A stretch of DNA of 63,405 nt, filler included, from Sphacelaria rigidula (Eukaryota), in the NCBI GenBank assembly GCA_964200075.2. It is 6 parts of 6 records of this genome, joined end to end, with 100 filler letters (N's around TTAATTAATTAA, not from the genome) between each part and the next. Parts side by side here need not be neighbours in the genome. Positions count along the whole stretch, not along the records: positions 21,172 to 31,655 come from CAXNAA020006415.1; positions 31,756 to 42,239 come from CAXNAA020006416.1; 4 more parts are not named here. The stretch is one strand, 5' to 3'. Position 1 is the first letter of the stretch, and every line of letters begins with the position of its first letter. Of this stretch, positions 26,101-38,400 are shown one piece after another. A model generated the notes under the pieces. It was given only the letters and a program-made list of their open reading frames with translations, made no database searches and was not told the origin of the DNA. Made by a program: the position numbers and the translations under genes.

Positions 26101-27330
26101 GGGGAGCGCTTAATATTTATAGCCTCGACATTTAACTTCATGATGTTTTTTTTCTTTTCAAGTTATTCTCCGTCCCTTTCCTTTCCCTTCCTGCTAGATT
26201 ATTGTTGTTGCTGTTGTTGTCTCTTGTCTTTGTTTTTTGTTTGATTTAGTTTTTGTATTCTAGTATACCCCCCGCTTTGGTTGCTCCATCCTTTTGACTT
26301 TGTTTCCACTTTTTTTCTTTCCTTCAGCACACGCTTTCGTTTTGTTTGCCTTGGGGTGCATCTACCTTGTGAATAATGGCCATGACTGGCTGGCCTCGCG
26401 GATTAGTGAATGTGCGACAATAAATCAATGCGCTTCGCTTTCTCCCGCGCTACTGCACGGCTGTGCTATGGCTTTGTGACCAGCGGCGCTAGATTTATGG
26501 CAAAAGGGCTGATATGAGAAACAACAATATACCACGCATCACGACGTACTCGAGTCCTCTGCGTAGCTGCTCATACGTATGTTCCTCCTTTCTGTCGGAC
26601 AAACAAATCCGATGGCTCCGACTGTTGCTTATCTTGCGTTTGTGGTAGGTCGAAGCCCTTGCTGCGCGCGTGGGCTGTCGACTGGTCAAGATATCACCCG
26701 GCCGTCTGGCCGCGGCCGCGGGGGTTAACGCCGACCGGTAAGTAAGAGTGAGACAATGCGCTCGGCGGGAAGCGGGGGGGGACGGGGGGGAGGTTGATGT
26801 TGAAGAATAATAATGGCGATTATCGCGGTAGCTCATGCAAACTTGACTAACCGCCAAACCAAGCGCTTCAAGATATTACGTGGACGATAGAATCACGGGA
26901 GTCAATGTGTCACTGTAGTCGATAGTAGCTCATGCAAAGTTGCTCTTTTCTGTTCCGAGTATACCGTGCCTTGCTCGTCTTGTACGAGGTTGGCGGTTGA
27001 CCGACTGTGCTCGCTTACGGCAGGAGGGCGTGGCTTAACGTTTCTGCTACCGTTTTGTCTTGGAATTTTAGGCTGCTGGATTGCTATTTTCGCCCCCCCA
27101 TGTATTTGTACTTTGCACAAGCGTTGGTTGTGCTCTGTTTTGAACAGCCCTCTGCGCCACATTGTACTGGTCGTTGATGGAAAAACAGTTTTTTTTCGTA
27201 TTCATGTCTATCGGTCTGTCTGTCTGTCTGTCTGTCTGCCGGCCTGCCTGTTTCTGTGTGTTCATTATCTTCGGTGCCGTTGTACAACCACCGAAACGCA
27301 TCGCACCGCATCGGATCGCATTTGCGTGCT

Positions 27331-27373
<43 letters not shown>

Positions 27374-28295
27374 TTGTGGGTTTCATCAGGGTTCTGGCAG
27401 ATGCCCTGTTGTACTGCCGTCGGTGCGTTTCCGACAGAGTCCTGCTGCTCCTCGACTCCGTCGACAGGTAAAAACCCATCGCCCTCGCGGTGCCGATTGT
27501 ATCTACCGCCGCCATCTCTCCAAGACATGGGGACTCCATTTGTTGCTATTACAAACACAAAAACCTTCTCATCGCCTGCAGTTAATTGATGGCACGTTTC
27601 GTAGGCGACGATGAAAAAGAAGAGGGAGGGAGAAGTGTCCGAGTCGCGACGAAACTGTACAAGCATGTTTACTGCAGCAGCCCATTGTATATATGTATAT
27701 ATATATTTGTACTGGTGCTCTAGTTTGCTGCTGCTGTAGGACAGGAGGGACATGTTCGGAAGTACGAAATCCCAATAGGGCGGGTGAAGCGGAGTTCGGG
27801 CGATAAACCACGAAACTATAATGGTTGAGATGTTCCACTGCTAGTCTTGTTCCAACGAACGTCTTGGACTGGGTAACTTTCGTGTACCAAGTTTGGCTGT
27901 CGTGAAGAAGCTCTCTTCTGCTGCGGCGTGACGAGATGTTTTTTTTTCTTCTTCACATGTTGCAACCATGAACGTTCCTGCCTCTGTGTCCAAGGTGGTC
28001 ATATAGTGGAAGGAATCCGACCACTCCCCTCCCCCCTCCCCCCCCCGCCCGCTGGTCTTGTGACTTGCGGCATGCGAGATCATGAGTACACCCTCGTACA
28101 CCCTCCTCCCCCGTTGCTATGTTCACAGCATGGTCAGCTTAGCTGTTGCAAATGATTAGCTTAGTTGCGGCTCACACCTTGATTAATGCTCTCGCAAAAC
28201 GAAGGCTAGTCCCGGCTTACGACGGAGGTGTGGGAGCATCACGCGGCGAGGTGGACGCTGGTGTGCTGAATACTCTCGTGCTGGCGGTGGAGCAG
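23151..28295 (+). CDS. Partial multi-exon AAA+ ATPase gene (CDC48/AFG2/PEX1-6-like): N-terminal region and first ATPase domain
   Basis: Phase-consistent GT-AG exons 25387-25718 (VLVHGPPGVGKTRL, Walker A), 26649-26737 (VEALAARVGCRLVKISPG), 27390-27467 (RVLLLLDSVDR, Walker B-like) and 28205-28295 (LVPAYDGG...GVLNTLVLAVEQ). Probable upstream exon 23151-~24245 (donor uncertain). Both gene ends unresolved. Confidence 0.82.
27332..27370. repeat. (TG)n microsatellite in intron
   Basis: About 19 TG units directly upstream of the acceptor at 27389. A second (TG)n tract lies at ~28438-28470. Confidence 0.95.
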
Positions 28296-28436
28296 GTAGG
28301 TGGGGCGGGAGGAATGTACGCAGGGGTGGCTGCACTGTGTCGTGTGTATCCAGTAGTTTGCCGCCAAGCCCAGGTGGTCTAGCTGGGTCACCTTGAACCG
28401 GTCACGGCGGCACGTTGAGGGTCTGAACCCTGACAA

Positions 28437-28472
<36 letters not shown>

Positions 28473-28717
28473 CCCCCCCCGAGGAGTATCTGTTTCCCGC
28501 CGTTCAAAGCGTGTGATGGGATGAGTGGAAGTACACGACTAAAATTTGACGAGCATCGACGCGCGGGATGAGAGTGGTCATCCCATCGCGACATCAAATC
28601 TAGGATGCTCCAGGGGAAATATGGATGGGTCGATCTCTTGAGACCACGGAGTCGTCCCGCGGAGTGAGAGGGCAAGAGTTGACCGTTGCATCAAATGAAC
28701 ATGTGGCTTCTCCTCTC

Positions 28718-28718
28718 C

Positions 28719-28802
<84 letters not shown>

Positions 28803-28818
28803 TTTTTATTGTTGTTGT
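28718..28818. repeat. Compound (TTG)n(CTG)n microsatellite
   Basis: Directly visible trinucleotide runs. Confidence 0.95.
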
Positions 28819-29543
28819 ACTTGATTTTTTTTGTATGTGTCCAAGTTTTAGCTTTTGGCGTTGAAATCTGCTGTCACGATACTCTGGAGTTTAGTCATGA
28901 ATTAGCTTCTTGATGGATGGATCGAGACATGGGTGAGACTGCTCTGTCAAGTGATCCGTCGTGAACCCAGCCGGAGCGAGACGATAGAAATACGTTCACT
29001 CCAAGGTCAACACCCGAAAACACTTGCTTTTTTTTCTGTGGGCTCGTTTATTGGTCCTCCTCATCCTTATTTCCTTGTCGCGTTGTCTTGCCTTGCCTTG
29101 CCTTGCCTTGCCCTGTCCCGACTTGTTCGGTATCCAGAACTATGTAGTTTCCCTCGGTGGTCCCTTTTGGTTTCCCATGACCCACGTATTATGTAGCCGA
29201 CAATTTTTCCCGATTTTTCGCTCGTCCTTCCGAGCCGTACCTATATATATATATATATATATTTTTTTTTTGTGTGTGTGTGTGTGTTTTTCGCTGGCAT
29301 GTGCGTAGCAACCCACCCTTCAGGGCGCCGTGTTTTTCTGTTAGTGGGCGTTTCATTAATTTTGCGTTGTATTTTGTCGTTTTGTGCCATGGCTTTGGGA
29401 TCACGGGTGCTAGGTTTCGAGAAAAGCGCTAATGTGAGAAACAACCGTTCACCATGTACCCCTTTCGAGACGGACCACCGTCCCTACTTCTACTAGAGAC
29501 ATCTATTTGGGCGCTCATTTTTTTTTTCCGTACATTACACACA

Positions 29544-30790
29544 TTAATTTTTATTTATCTTATCCTCTTCCTGTTTCGCCGTCTGTGGCCACCATCTCTC
29601 TAATGATATAGCGATCGTTTCCTCGCTACTATTTAGCGTACCAAACGATTCAATGTCTCCTTCGTTTAGTCCCCTCCCCTCCTCCTCCTCCAATACGTCC
29701 CGTTCTTCGTTGTATACTTCACATTCTCCCACTTCATGAAATCTACTGTCTATTGTATTGCCACAGGGACAGTTCCGTGAATCTACCTTCTCCTCCTCTC
29801 GACTGCTGGTATACCTCTCTCTTCTTTCTGCAAGTCCAGGTCCCTCACTGGAAATCACAGCTCCAACTTTTTCGCGTAGTCCAGTGGGCCATGCAGACAC
29901 ATTTTCATCCCTTTTTCTTTTTCTCAACCCCAATATATCATCAGGTGCCCTTCCTCTTTCACTGTCTGTCTTAGCGCTTGTTCCCCCCTAGTTTTTACCA
30001 TGTATCTTGCTTTTGTCTCGTACCTCCCATATTCACCTATAGACGTTTTTCTCGCCTGGGTCTCCCCCTATATCCTTCCATACTATCTCGACGAAGGTAT
30101 CCCACCTGATTCGAGCCTGCCCTTTTGTTACTTTCTTGTATACAAACCATCAATTATGGCTGGTAATATTTCCCTTATTATGTCCCTTACGCTATATTGC
30201 CATTTCAATTTTCTTAGGTCTCCATCTGTTTTCAGGGAGTACATTCCAAATTCCGCTCTTGTTATTATCATCAATATTTATTTGTCGCACTTTGAACCCC
30301 TCCCCCTCCTCGGGACGAGTTCTGTGGTCTCAGGAGATCAAGCCGTCTCTCCTCCTGTGCACGCCTTGCATTTTGGTCTCGCGAACTGGGTCATGACTAT
30401 CAGCTCTCCCGCACCTCTTAATACCGCATTTCTAGTCGTTTTTGAGCATCCGAGAAGGGGGAGGAGGGGGGGTGTACTCGTGATCATGCGTGCCATAGTC
30501 ATAAGACCATTGACCTCGCATCCTTACGGAGCTGGGGCGGAGCACGCCGGGTTTTCACTGGACTAGGCTCGCAGCAATCACTAAGCGCGAAGCGCCGTGA
30601 TATGTTCGGCGAGTAGGTGCATCGTGCCAAGATTGTTCAACCCGACGCGTACTGAATGTCTTGCTTTTGAATGACACCCTCCAATGAGTTCGTTCATTTT
30701 CTGGTTTCGCCACTTCCAGGGACAGCCACAGCTTACACACTGCCTCATGGGTGTCTCATCATATAAACACTACGTAGTACGATCATCCGA
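29544..30790 (-). mobile_element. Internally deleted LINE (RTE/RTEX-like): 5' repeat joined to ORF2 3' end
   Basis: Minus strand LKWQYSVR (post-RT) and NCPCGNTIDSRFHEVGECEVYNEER (C-terminal zinc knuckle). The 5' part matches 9310-9605. Confidence 0.75.
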
Positions 30791-30814
30791 AGGGGGGGGA
30801 GGGAGGGGGGGGGC

Positions 30815-31390
30815 TTAGCCATGTGTTGCTTGCCTCAGTCGTTTGACCATTGACCACGCATCCCTTTCGAGACCGAGCATCGTTTCTACCCCTAACAAAG
30901 ACACCTCCGACATCTCGGTGCTCATTACGTGTCCTCCATACAGGACACAAAAACCTTTTATATATTTTTTCCCCGTCCTGTTTCGCGTTCTGTGGCCACC
31001 CTTTCTATCTCCTAGTATAGCCATCGTTTTGTCTCTACTGTTTAACGCATCAAACGATTTCATACCACCTTCGTTCACGTCCCGCATTTCCTCCTCTAGC
31101 ACGCCCGGTTCCTCCTTGTATAGTTCACACCCTGCCACTGTATGAGTTCTGCTCTCTACTGCATTGTCACAGGGGCGATTCTGTGCATCTTCTTCCTCCT
31201 CCATACGACTACCGGTATATCTCTCTCTTCTTTGGGGCAGGTCCAGGTCCCCCACCCGAAATCGCAGTTTCGTTTTTCGCCGCGCCCATGAGGCCATGCA
31301 GATATGTTATCATCCCTATCCCCTCTCATGACCCCCCGTATATCTCCAGGTGTTCTTCCTCGTCTACTGGCGAGGGGGGGGGAGAGGGGA
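30815..31390 (-). mobile_element. LINE ORF2 3'-end fragment (same family)
   Basis: KLRFRVGDLDLPQRRERYT...PCDNAVESRTHTVAGCELYKEE, homologous to 29544-29933. Confidence 0.8.
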
Positions 31391-31655
31391 TTGTGCCACA
31401 AGTGTAAGATATGGCACCCGTCGGGAAAAAAAAAGAAGTAAGAACCGAGAACAGGTTACCGTGAATATTCAATGTCTCGTGAAAACCCGCTTATCGCCTC
31501 TCTCCGCTATAGTGCTAAAAAACAGAATCTTGGTGGCACTGTTCGCAATAGTTCACTCGCAACCATACACTGACACAGTGCTACGTATATCACCTCGTCA
31601 GGCCCCGTAGTACTTTGCTCAGAATGGCACACGGTGAGGACGAATCATCACGACT

Positions 31656-31755
31656 NNNNNNNNNNNNNNNNNNNNNNNNNNNNNNNNNNNNNNNNNNNNT
31701 TAATTAATTAANNNNNNNNNNNNNNNNNNNNNNNNNNNNNNNNNNNNNNNNNNNN
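31656..31755. other. Artificial contig-joining linker
   Basis: Same 100-bp N/TTAATTAATTAA spacer. Confidence 0.98.
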
Positions 31756-32415
31756 TCTTTTTTCGCGCAACCAAATACCCCCCCCCTATTGTAGGATGAC
31801 TCGCCACGTAATCGTGGGTAGAGCCCATCATGGGTTGGGATGGTGGTGGTCGGGATGACAAATCTACACTCCCGATATTTAGCGGCCAGCTGCCGAATCG
31901 TAACAGAGCGTATGGTGACGTGTACATGTTCAGGGGCTGGCCGAGAACCTGCCGTCAGGCACGTCGATTGCCAAAAAACGGTGAAGTCGTCGCCAAAAAC
32001 CGGTGAAAGCCAAATTGCGTCGTCATCAACAGGTGCATCGCGCGATCCTTGCCAAAATCAGTTGGCAGCGTGATTTGGCCAATCAGGCGGCTGCATTTGT
32101 TGCATTTCTGAAGTAGAGTTTCAGCTATACCGTTTGCTGGCAAAGACGCAGGCGGGCATTCCTCGGTCGAGGACTGATGTCGCCCGACTATGTACGATAT
32201 ACCAACTTGTTTTGCCCATGTGCAGGCGGTACATGGTGAGCGCCGCGTGTTCAAGAATCTGCGGCACAATCGAATAGCCCTGCTTCGGCAGCATGAGTTG
32301 AAAACCTCTGCAGCTGCCATTTCGACAAATCCGTGGGTTACTCGAAGCAAACGCACGTGGTCAGTCTCCACAGCAAGGAACAAGAACTAATAGTTGAGCA
32401 TATACACGGGCTCAC

Positions 32416-35400
32416 CCACACGAAAACGTAGAAGATCCACTCAGTACGGGGAATTTCCGCGCTATCCTCCAGCCTGACGATGGAGTAGAACAACGCCAAC
32501 ATCACCCTGCGAAAACCGTTGCGAGTGCTCGTGGTCGTTCACTCATGTGAAATTTGTCGCGACACTTCTTCAGCCTCTAAGAGGTCTTGCGACGTTCAGT
32601 GCTCCATGACTTGTATAATCGTAACACAAGCCCAAGCGCTCGCTACGCAGCACCTACCCAAGTATTCGAAGGCATGAGGTGTGCGATCAAATGCATGTGA
32701 CGCCATATCTCACAATTCGATACCTGTACGGTCAAAGTCAATATTCAAGCCAGGCACATAACGCTGTTTGCCCAGCTATACATTGTGACGCAAAGAATCT
32801 CCGAACGAACATGTAACTCAGGAAGTCGAACATGAAGCGGACGACTGGGATGTCGAAGAACACGTCAGGCTTCCCAATCAGCCCAGCGAGTGAGAACTGG
32901 AGTCCAGGTAGTAATGTCTGGTGTGGAAACGTCCACCGAAGGAGTTCAATATTCTTGTTATGCACCATACCGCATTCCCACGTCCACCCTTGCAGAAACC
33001 TGACACCGACAAATAGGAGAGCATGAATATCGGTACATCATGTCAGGTTTGAACCTAGTCAGCAGATGCTCGCAAGACGTTGGCAGTACTGCAGAAGAAC
33101 AAAAACGGAATGGTAAAGCTGACGAGGGCCATGTCTTTTTTGTACAAAATTTGACCAGCGCTGCCGCATAGGCTGCTTCTCCATACGGCTTCTCCACATC
33201 TTCACCTCAAGAGGAAGGCCCAAGAAACTGCGCTTTCTTTGCTTCGCCTGTTGGTACCGTTGGCCGTATTGCCATCATGTCCGCCCGCGGTGCTGATGTC
33301 GTCGAAGCTGTAGAGGCCTTCATTGATGGCACTGCTGAAGGGGTTTCTGGTAAACAAGCCTGGCAACGTAGCTGTGAACTTGACGTGAATGAAGTCCAGC
33401 ACCAGTCTGGAGTTGATGAAGTCCAGCGCAAGCGATCCTTGATCCAGGGCGTTCTGTAGTGGGTCGATCCACTCGGAATACTGACTGTTGTGCGGACGAC
33501 GTATTGGCAGACGGACGACGCGGGTACGAACGTTTCGTTGGCCTCGAGCTTCTTGCAAGCTGCAGAATTGGTGGACTAGCGAGCGTTAGTGACGGGCAGA
33601 CGTTGAGCAGTGTCAGTCGAGATCGTGTGATACAAGGTGTTCGGACTACGGGTGACTCGAGACGTTGCTAGTTCCACACCCTGGACAATAGACGGCATGC
33701 ACTGCAATGGCAAAAATATCTGCTGCAGTACATGCCAATAAGCCATCCGTAATGGCTATCGGTCGACAAGTTTATATTTCTATTGTCGTTGGCAGTGCCT
33801 CCCGATAGAACCCTTTCCCAGACTATAGTCCGGGCAGCAGTCTGTTGTAGGCCTACACCGAAAACTATTGCCGCCAACCGAATGTATCGATCGATAGCTT
33901 CCCTCATCTATTGATGGCGGTACTGGCTATTGATAAACTGTGTGCCAAATATATCGGTGACGACGATGGCTATTTCAATATGGTGGACCAAGTCTATTGA
34001 TGACTGGCATCGCTATTGATAGATTACGCAAAGAATCTTCTAACGGCAATGGGTGTGGATATATAGCTCTACGTACCAGAATCTACTATGGTATACAATG
34101 CCTGCTAATATTCTCTGTCGTCTGTTGCCATATCTACATCGCAACACACAATGTATAAAGCATACTACGTAAGAGAAGCTAGAGGTGAGTATGCAGTGGG
34201 TATGAGTACGGCAGAGAAGCCGCAGGTGAACATACACTTGGTACGTGATGATACCATTTGGGAACACATTACGTCACGATTCTACATTTTTGGAACAGTT
34301 GTATGTTGTGGGGACCCGCAATATGTGCCGACAAAAGTTTACGAGTTTTGTTGGTGGTGTGGTGTTGGTACTCATGGTACCGGTCGCCCCGGTGGCTCAG
34401 TTGTTAATCTCGAATCTTCTGACGGTTGGGTCGTGAGTTCATACCTCGGAGCGGTCTGAGATTTTTTCTGACACCGTGCCCAACAGTGGAGAGCGGCTAT
34501 GTCGTGGGTACACAAAATTCGACAAAACGGTCGACGAGGAAAAGGGACTGTTGAACCCCTAAAAAGAAAGGCAAGCACCGCCGAAGGAAGGTGGGATGCT
34601 AAAAAGAAACAAAAAAGAAAAAACTCCTGTGTCGACCTTCCTCCATTGTGACCCCGACTGGTGCGCCCACATACACCAAAAGGTGTAGACCGGCGTCCAG
34701 AATAGATGGGACGACAACACTTACGATTGTCCTCCTGATGGACATGAGCGCTCATAGGACTTTGGTGCGTGAGTGAGATGTGCTTTTACCCTGGACAATG
34801 GACTATGTAATTTAGCATTGGCGCTGCAAAAGTCCCGAAATTTGACGCAAAGTTTATTATCAACTCTGATCGACTGGCACCACTGTCTTTTGATAAATAT
34901 TGTAGGCGACAATACATTTGGGACAAGGTACAGAATGTGTCATTGCCCTGACAATGAAGGGGCCATGTTTCAGTTGATATATGCTATTTGTTACAATGGG
35001 CTCTGAATTGAGGCCACCAATGTCTATTGCTGATCACAAAAGTAGCTGAAGGACGTCGATCACGAGCTTTGTATGCACAGTGTTTGGCGGACATTTCCAT
35101 CTTATTTCACAGAATATATGGCCAGCTATCGCCTCAGGTAGTTGCGTATTTATGTGTGAGGGGTATCGTCATTCATGTCATAAGACCACTGCAGTGAGCG
35201 ATATATTGATCAAAACCTACCATTGGCGAGGGATTCTACGGTAGGGGTGCACGTTCTACTTCAAAAGTGTTGCGAGGCTGCACACTAAGGCCCAGATGTT
35301 TGTCATCCAGACACTCCGACTGTGCAGAGCCTCAGAAAGGAGATGCGGACCCTTACCGTAGAACCACTCTGGCGTCACTGGCTATCGATAGATGCTCCCT

Positions 35401-38400
35401 GGAACAATCGATTGTTGGCAAAATTGTATTGATATATACCCCAAAATCCATTGTTGGCGGCAGAGGCTATCGATAGATTGTTCCACAAAATCTGTTGATG
35501 ACGGCAAAGGCTACCGATAGACGGCTCACCAAATCTTTTGATGACGGAAATTGCTATCGATAGATGGCTCATCTAATCTGATGACAGCAATGACTATCGA
35601 TAAGTTGCTCATCAAATCTGTTGACTACGGCAATGACTATCGACATTTACTTTTCAGAACCTATTGCGGTATATGATGTCCATCCATGACAAGTGATCTC
35701 CATCTATTACAGTTGCCATAGACTACTGATTGACTCTTGCAACACCTTTTGTACCTTGCAATACGTACAGTTAGATATGTTCCATCATCCATTGAGTTCG
35801 ACACTACATGTCGATACGTTTTCCCCCGCTTCTATCACTGAAGCAATGGACTCTTATTGTGTCCACTGTTCAGAGTGTAAATGTTTCCCCAAAACGGAAT
35901 CATAATCGCGCAAGAGAACGTTTTCACTAACCGCAGCTTCAAAGTAGGACAACAGTACAACCCTCAGCCCTTGTGTGACAGGGAGACGCAGATTAGAATT
36001 GAGACACTGTACTGTAGCCTCAAACGTTAAAATATTGGTCGGTCAAGGGGATGGTAATCAAGTAATATCGTGCTACTACCCCAAAGTGCATTGGTGATGA
36101 TCCAGGATGGGCATGGCACTCAAAATTCGAAACATGACTTCAGATCACAGAGTATACAGATCACGTGATTTTTTGTAGACACACCAATCACTTAGATCAA
36201 GTATGGTTTGTCTTCATCACATGAACATAGCATGGTCAGTCTAAATCTAAGACAATGACCACAATTACTCGATCTTAGACTGCAGGTCATGACACCAAAA
36301 TGCCAGAGTGTAGTGCGCCCATTTACAAAGTACTTGAGGTTCGTGTAGGCCTCCGAATCACTCGGAATCTAGTACTACCGTTACCAAGTACTTGACTTCA
36401 GTATAGTTGGCCTACATCCCAGACATTGGCCAAAACTACTCGACTTGAGAGCATAAATACTTGATAGCTTGAAATAAATGTACGTGCATATGAATTCATT
36501 GAGTTTAGTGTAGGTCCACTAATCATTTTGATCTAGTGTCGACGGTGTTCACCACTTTGACTACCGTATGGTTAGTCCATATCCAAGACATTACCCGAAA
36601 CTATTTGACCGGAGACTACAGGAGACCAACCCACTCAGCTTTGACGCACATATGTGTAAACAGTACTTGAGCTTGGTACGGGCACCCAATAGTTGTATTT
36701 TCTCTCCAGCGGGAGAGAGAGGGGGGTGCATATGTGTGCGAAATTCTAATCCGCGCCCGCCCTTGATGTGACCCTAGTTTCAAATTAGTGATATGAAAAC
36801 GAGGAGCACGGGGCGCTATTGGCGTCTCCTCAAACCCCTCACCTGTCCATGAGGTTGCCCCGCAACTCGAGAAGCCTGGCTCGGGCATCAATGTGTGGTA
36901 GAGGTTCCAACATCCACTCCTGACAACAAAAACGGCGGTCAATAGCGAAATGCATGAAGGCAATCGCCCGATTGGTAAGGATACCGTGTGGATGGCTTGA
37001 GCAACAGACAATAACGACTACTTGAAGCGAATGTACACCCTGGTCATTCCTGAGGTTGCTCTATGGAAGTTTGCATTTCCTGTGTTCAGCACAAGCGTGT
37101 TTGATTTTACACAAGGCAGCTGAGGCGATTGTCCTCTTCGGTACTTGCCACGACCATGTAGCCCGCGAGATTTCCTAGTGGTAGATGCTCGTCATCGTCG
37201 TCCTGAGAAAAGCTGAGGTGGCTGCCAAGAACCGCTCGACCCATCCCATGGACGGTGTGGGGGAGGTTGTGCAGCACCTGGGCAACGAAACAAACATTGC
37301 ACCGGCCGAATTCAATCAACCGTTCATTAGTGTATTCGGCTCGAGGGCTGCAGTCGGAGAGTCAATCGCGATGATGTGAAACTTGGGATTGACAACGTCG
37401 TCTCGCTTCGCGGAGACTGTGGCAAACGACAGCAGCATTCGCCTGTATCACCTTCGCCTGTCGACTCTGGCGGTGACGAGTTGGGCATTCTGCGGCAAAG
37501 TATGCACTATTCACTCACAACCAGATCTTATTTGAACGCATATGGCTGGGGAATTCAGGGTGGAACTCGCTGAAATTGTGAAGGGTTACGAAAAAAACGC
37601 AAGTAAACCCGATCAAAGCAGAGAGAGAAGCGAAATACGACACCACTCGTCGTATCGGGATGGGCACCCTCTTCCAAAGTATGCCGGACCACAGTGCACG
37701 CTAAATAGAACGTATTTGGGGCGAGTCTACGTAATCACACTTGACCTTCATCACGAAGCTGTTCACGCGATTCCGGAGACGCTGTAGCCCCTGAGCGTAC
37801 ATCGGGTGTCTCGACTCGACCTCTCTGAGCTGCCTACTCACGCTAGCTGCCGCCACGAAGGGGTTGCTGATGACACAAGCAAAACCACGACCACGCACAA
37901 CCGTCGCGATTGCCAACCCTCATGTGAGTACACTTCGGTCGTTTGTCCAGCACGGTTAGCTACGCATTTAGTTGATTCATATGCTGGCATAGTCAGTAGA
38001 ACGATCATATTATATCACGTGACACTCTTGAATGTGTGACCTCGGGCAACGAGTACTACTACACATGTGGCCTTAACAATATGTACTACCCACTCCAGAT
38101 GACCCGTTGGGCCAAGCTACTGGTCGCACGCGATACTCACGTCGCGTTTCTGATGTTGAGCATAATGATGTCGATCACATCTTCTTCGTGGTCACCAATG
38201 TCGTGAAGAAGAAGCGCAATGTGGGTCGCGTGCAGAGGAAATCCATCCTGGACCAAACCCCTGCACATATCACGACACAGACCTTGTAGGGGGACTACGG
38301 TTTTTCATGTTCGAAGCGGTCAACGACGGATCGCAATCGACTCTGGGAGAGCAGCACGTCTTTGTTGGGGAACACACTTGTCAGCGTTGTCGACATACTC

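Larger units (their letters stand above)
33720..35790. repeat. Degenerate ~43-bp minisatellite with palindromic core CTATCGATAG, interrupted by a SINE and a small TIR element
   Basis: Best-preserved units at ~35380-35650 (GCTATCGATAGA...AAATCTGTTGATGACGGC); more decayed units at ~33750-34030. Confidence 0.7.

Noticed and set aside
26966-27753. Overlapping Cys/Val or His/Thr-repeat ORFs
   Set aside because: Artifacts of (TG)n and (TCTG)n tracts; only 27390-27467 is supported as coding.
35604-35615. Match to the hAT TIR (GTTGCTCATCAA)
   Set aside because: A short match within the minisatellite unit, with no partner TIR or TSD.
35380-35650. CRISPR-like regularly spaced palindromic repeats
   Set aside because: The intervening sequences resemble each other (minisatellite), repeats are degenerate, there are no cas genes and the context is a eukaryotic intron.
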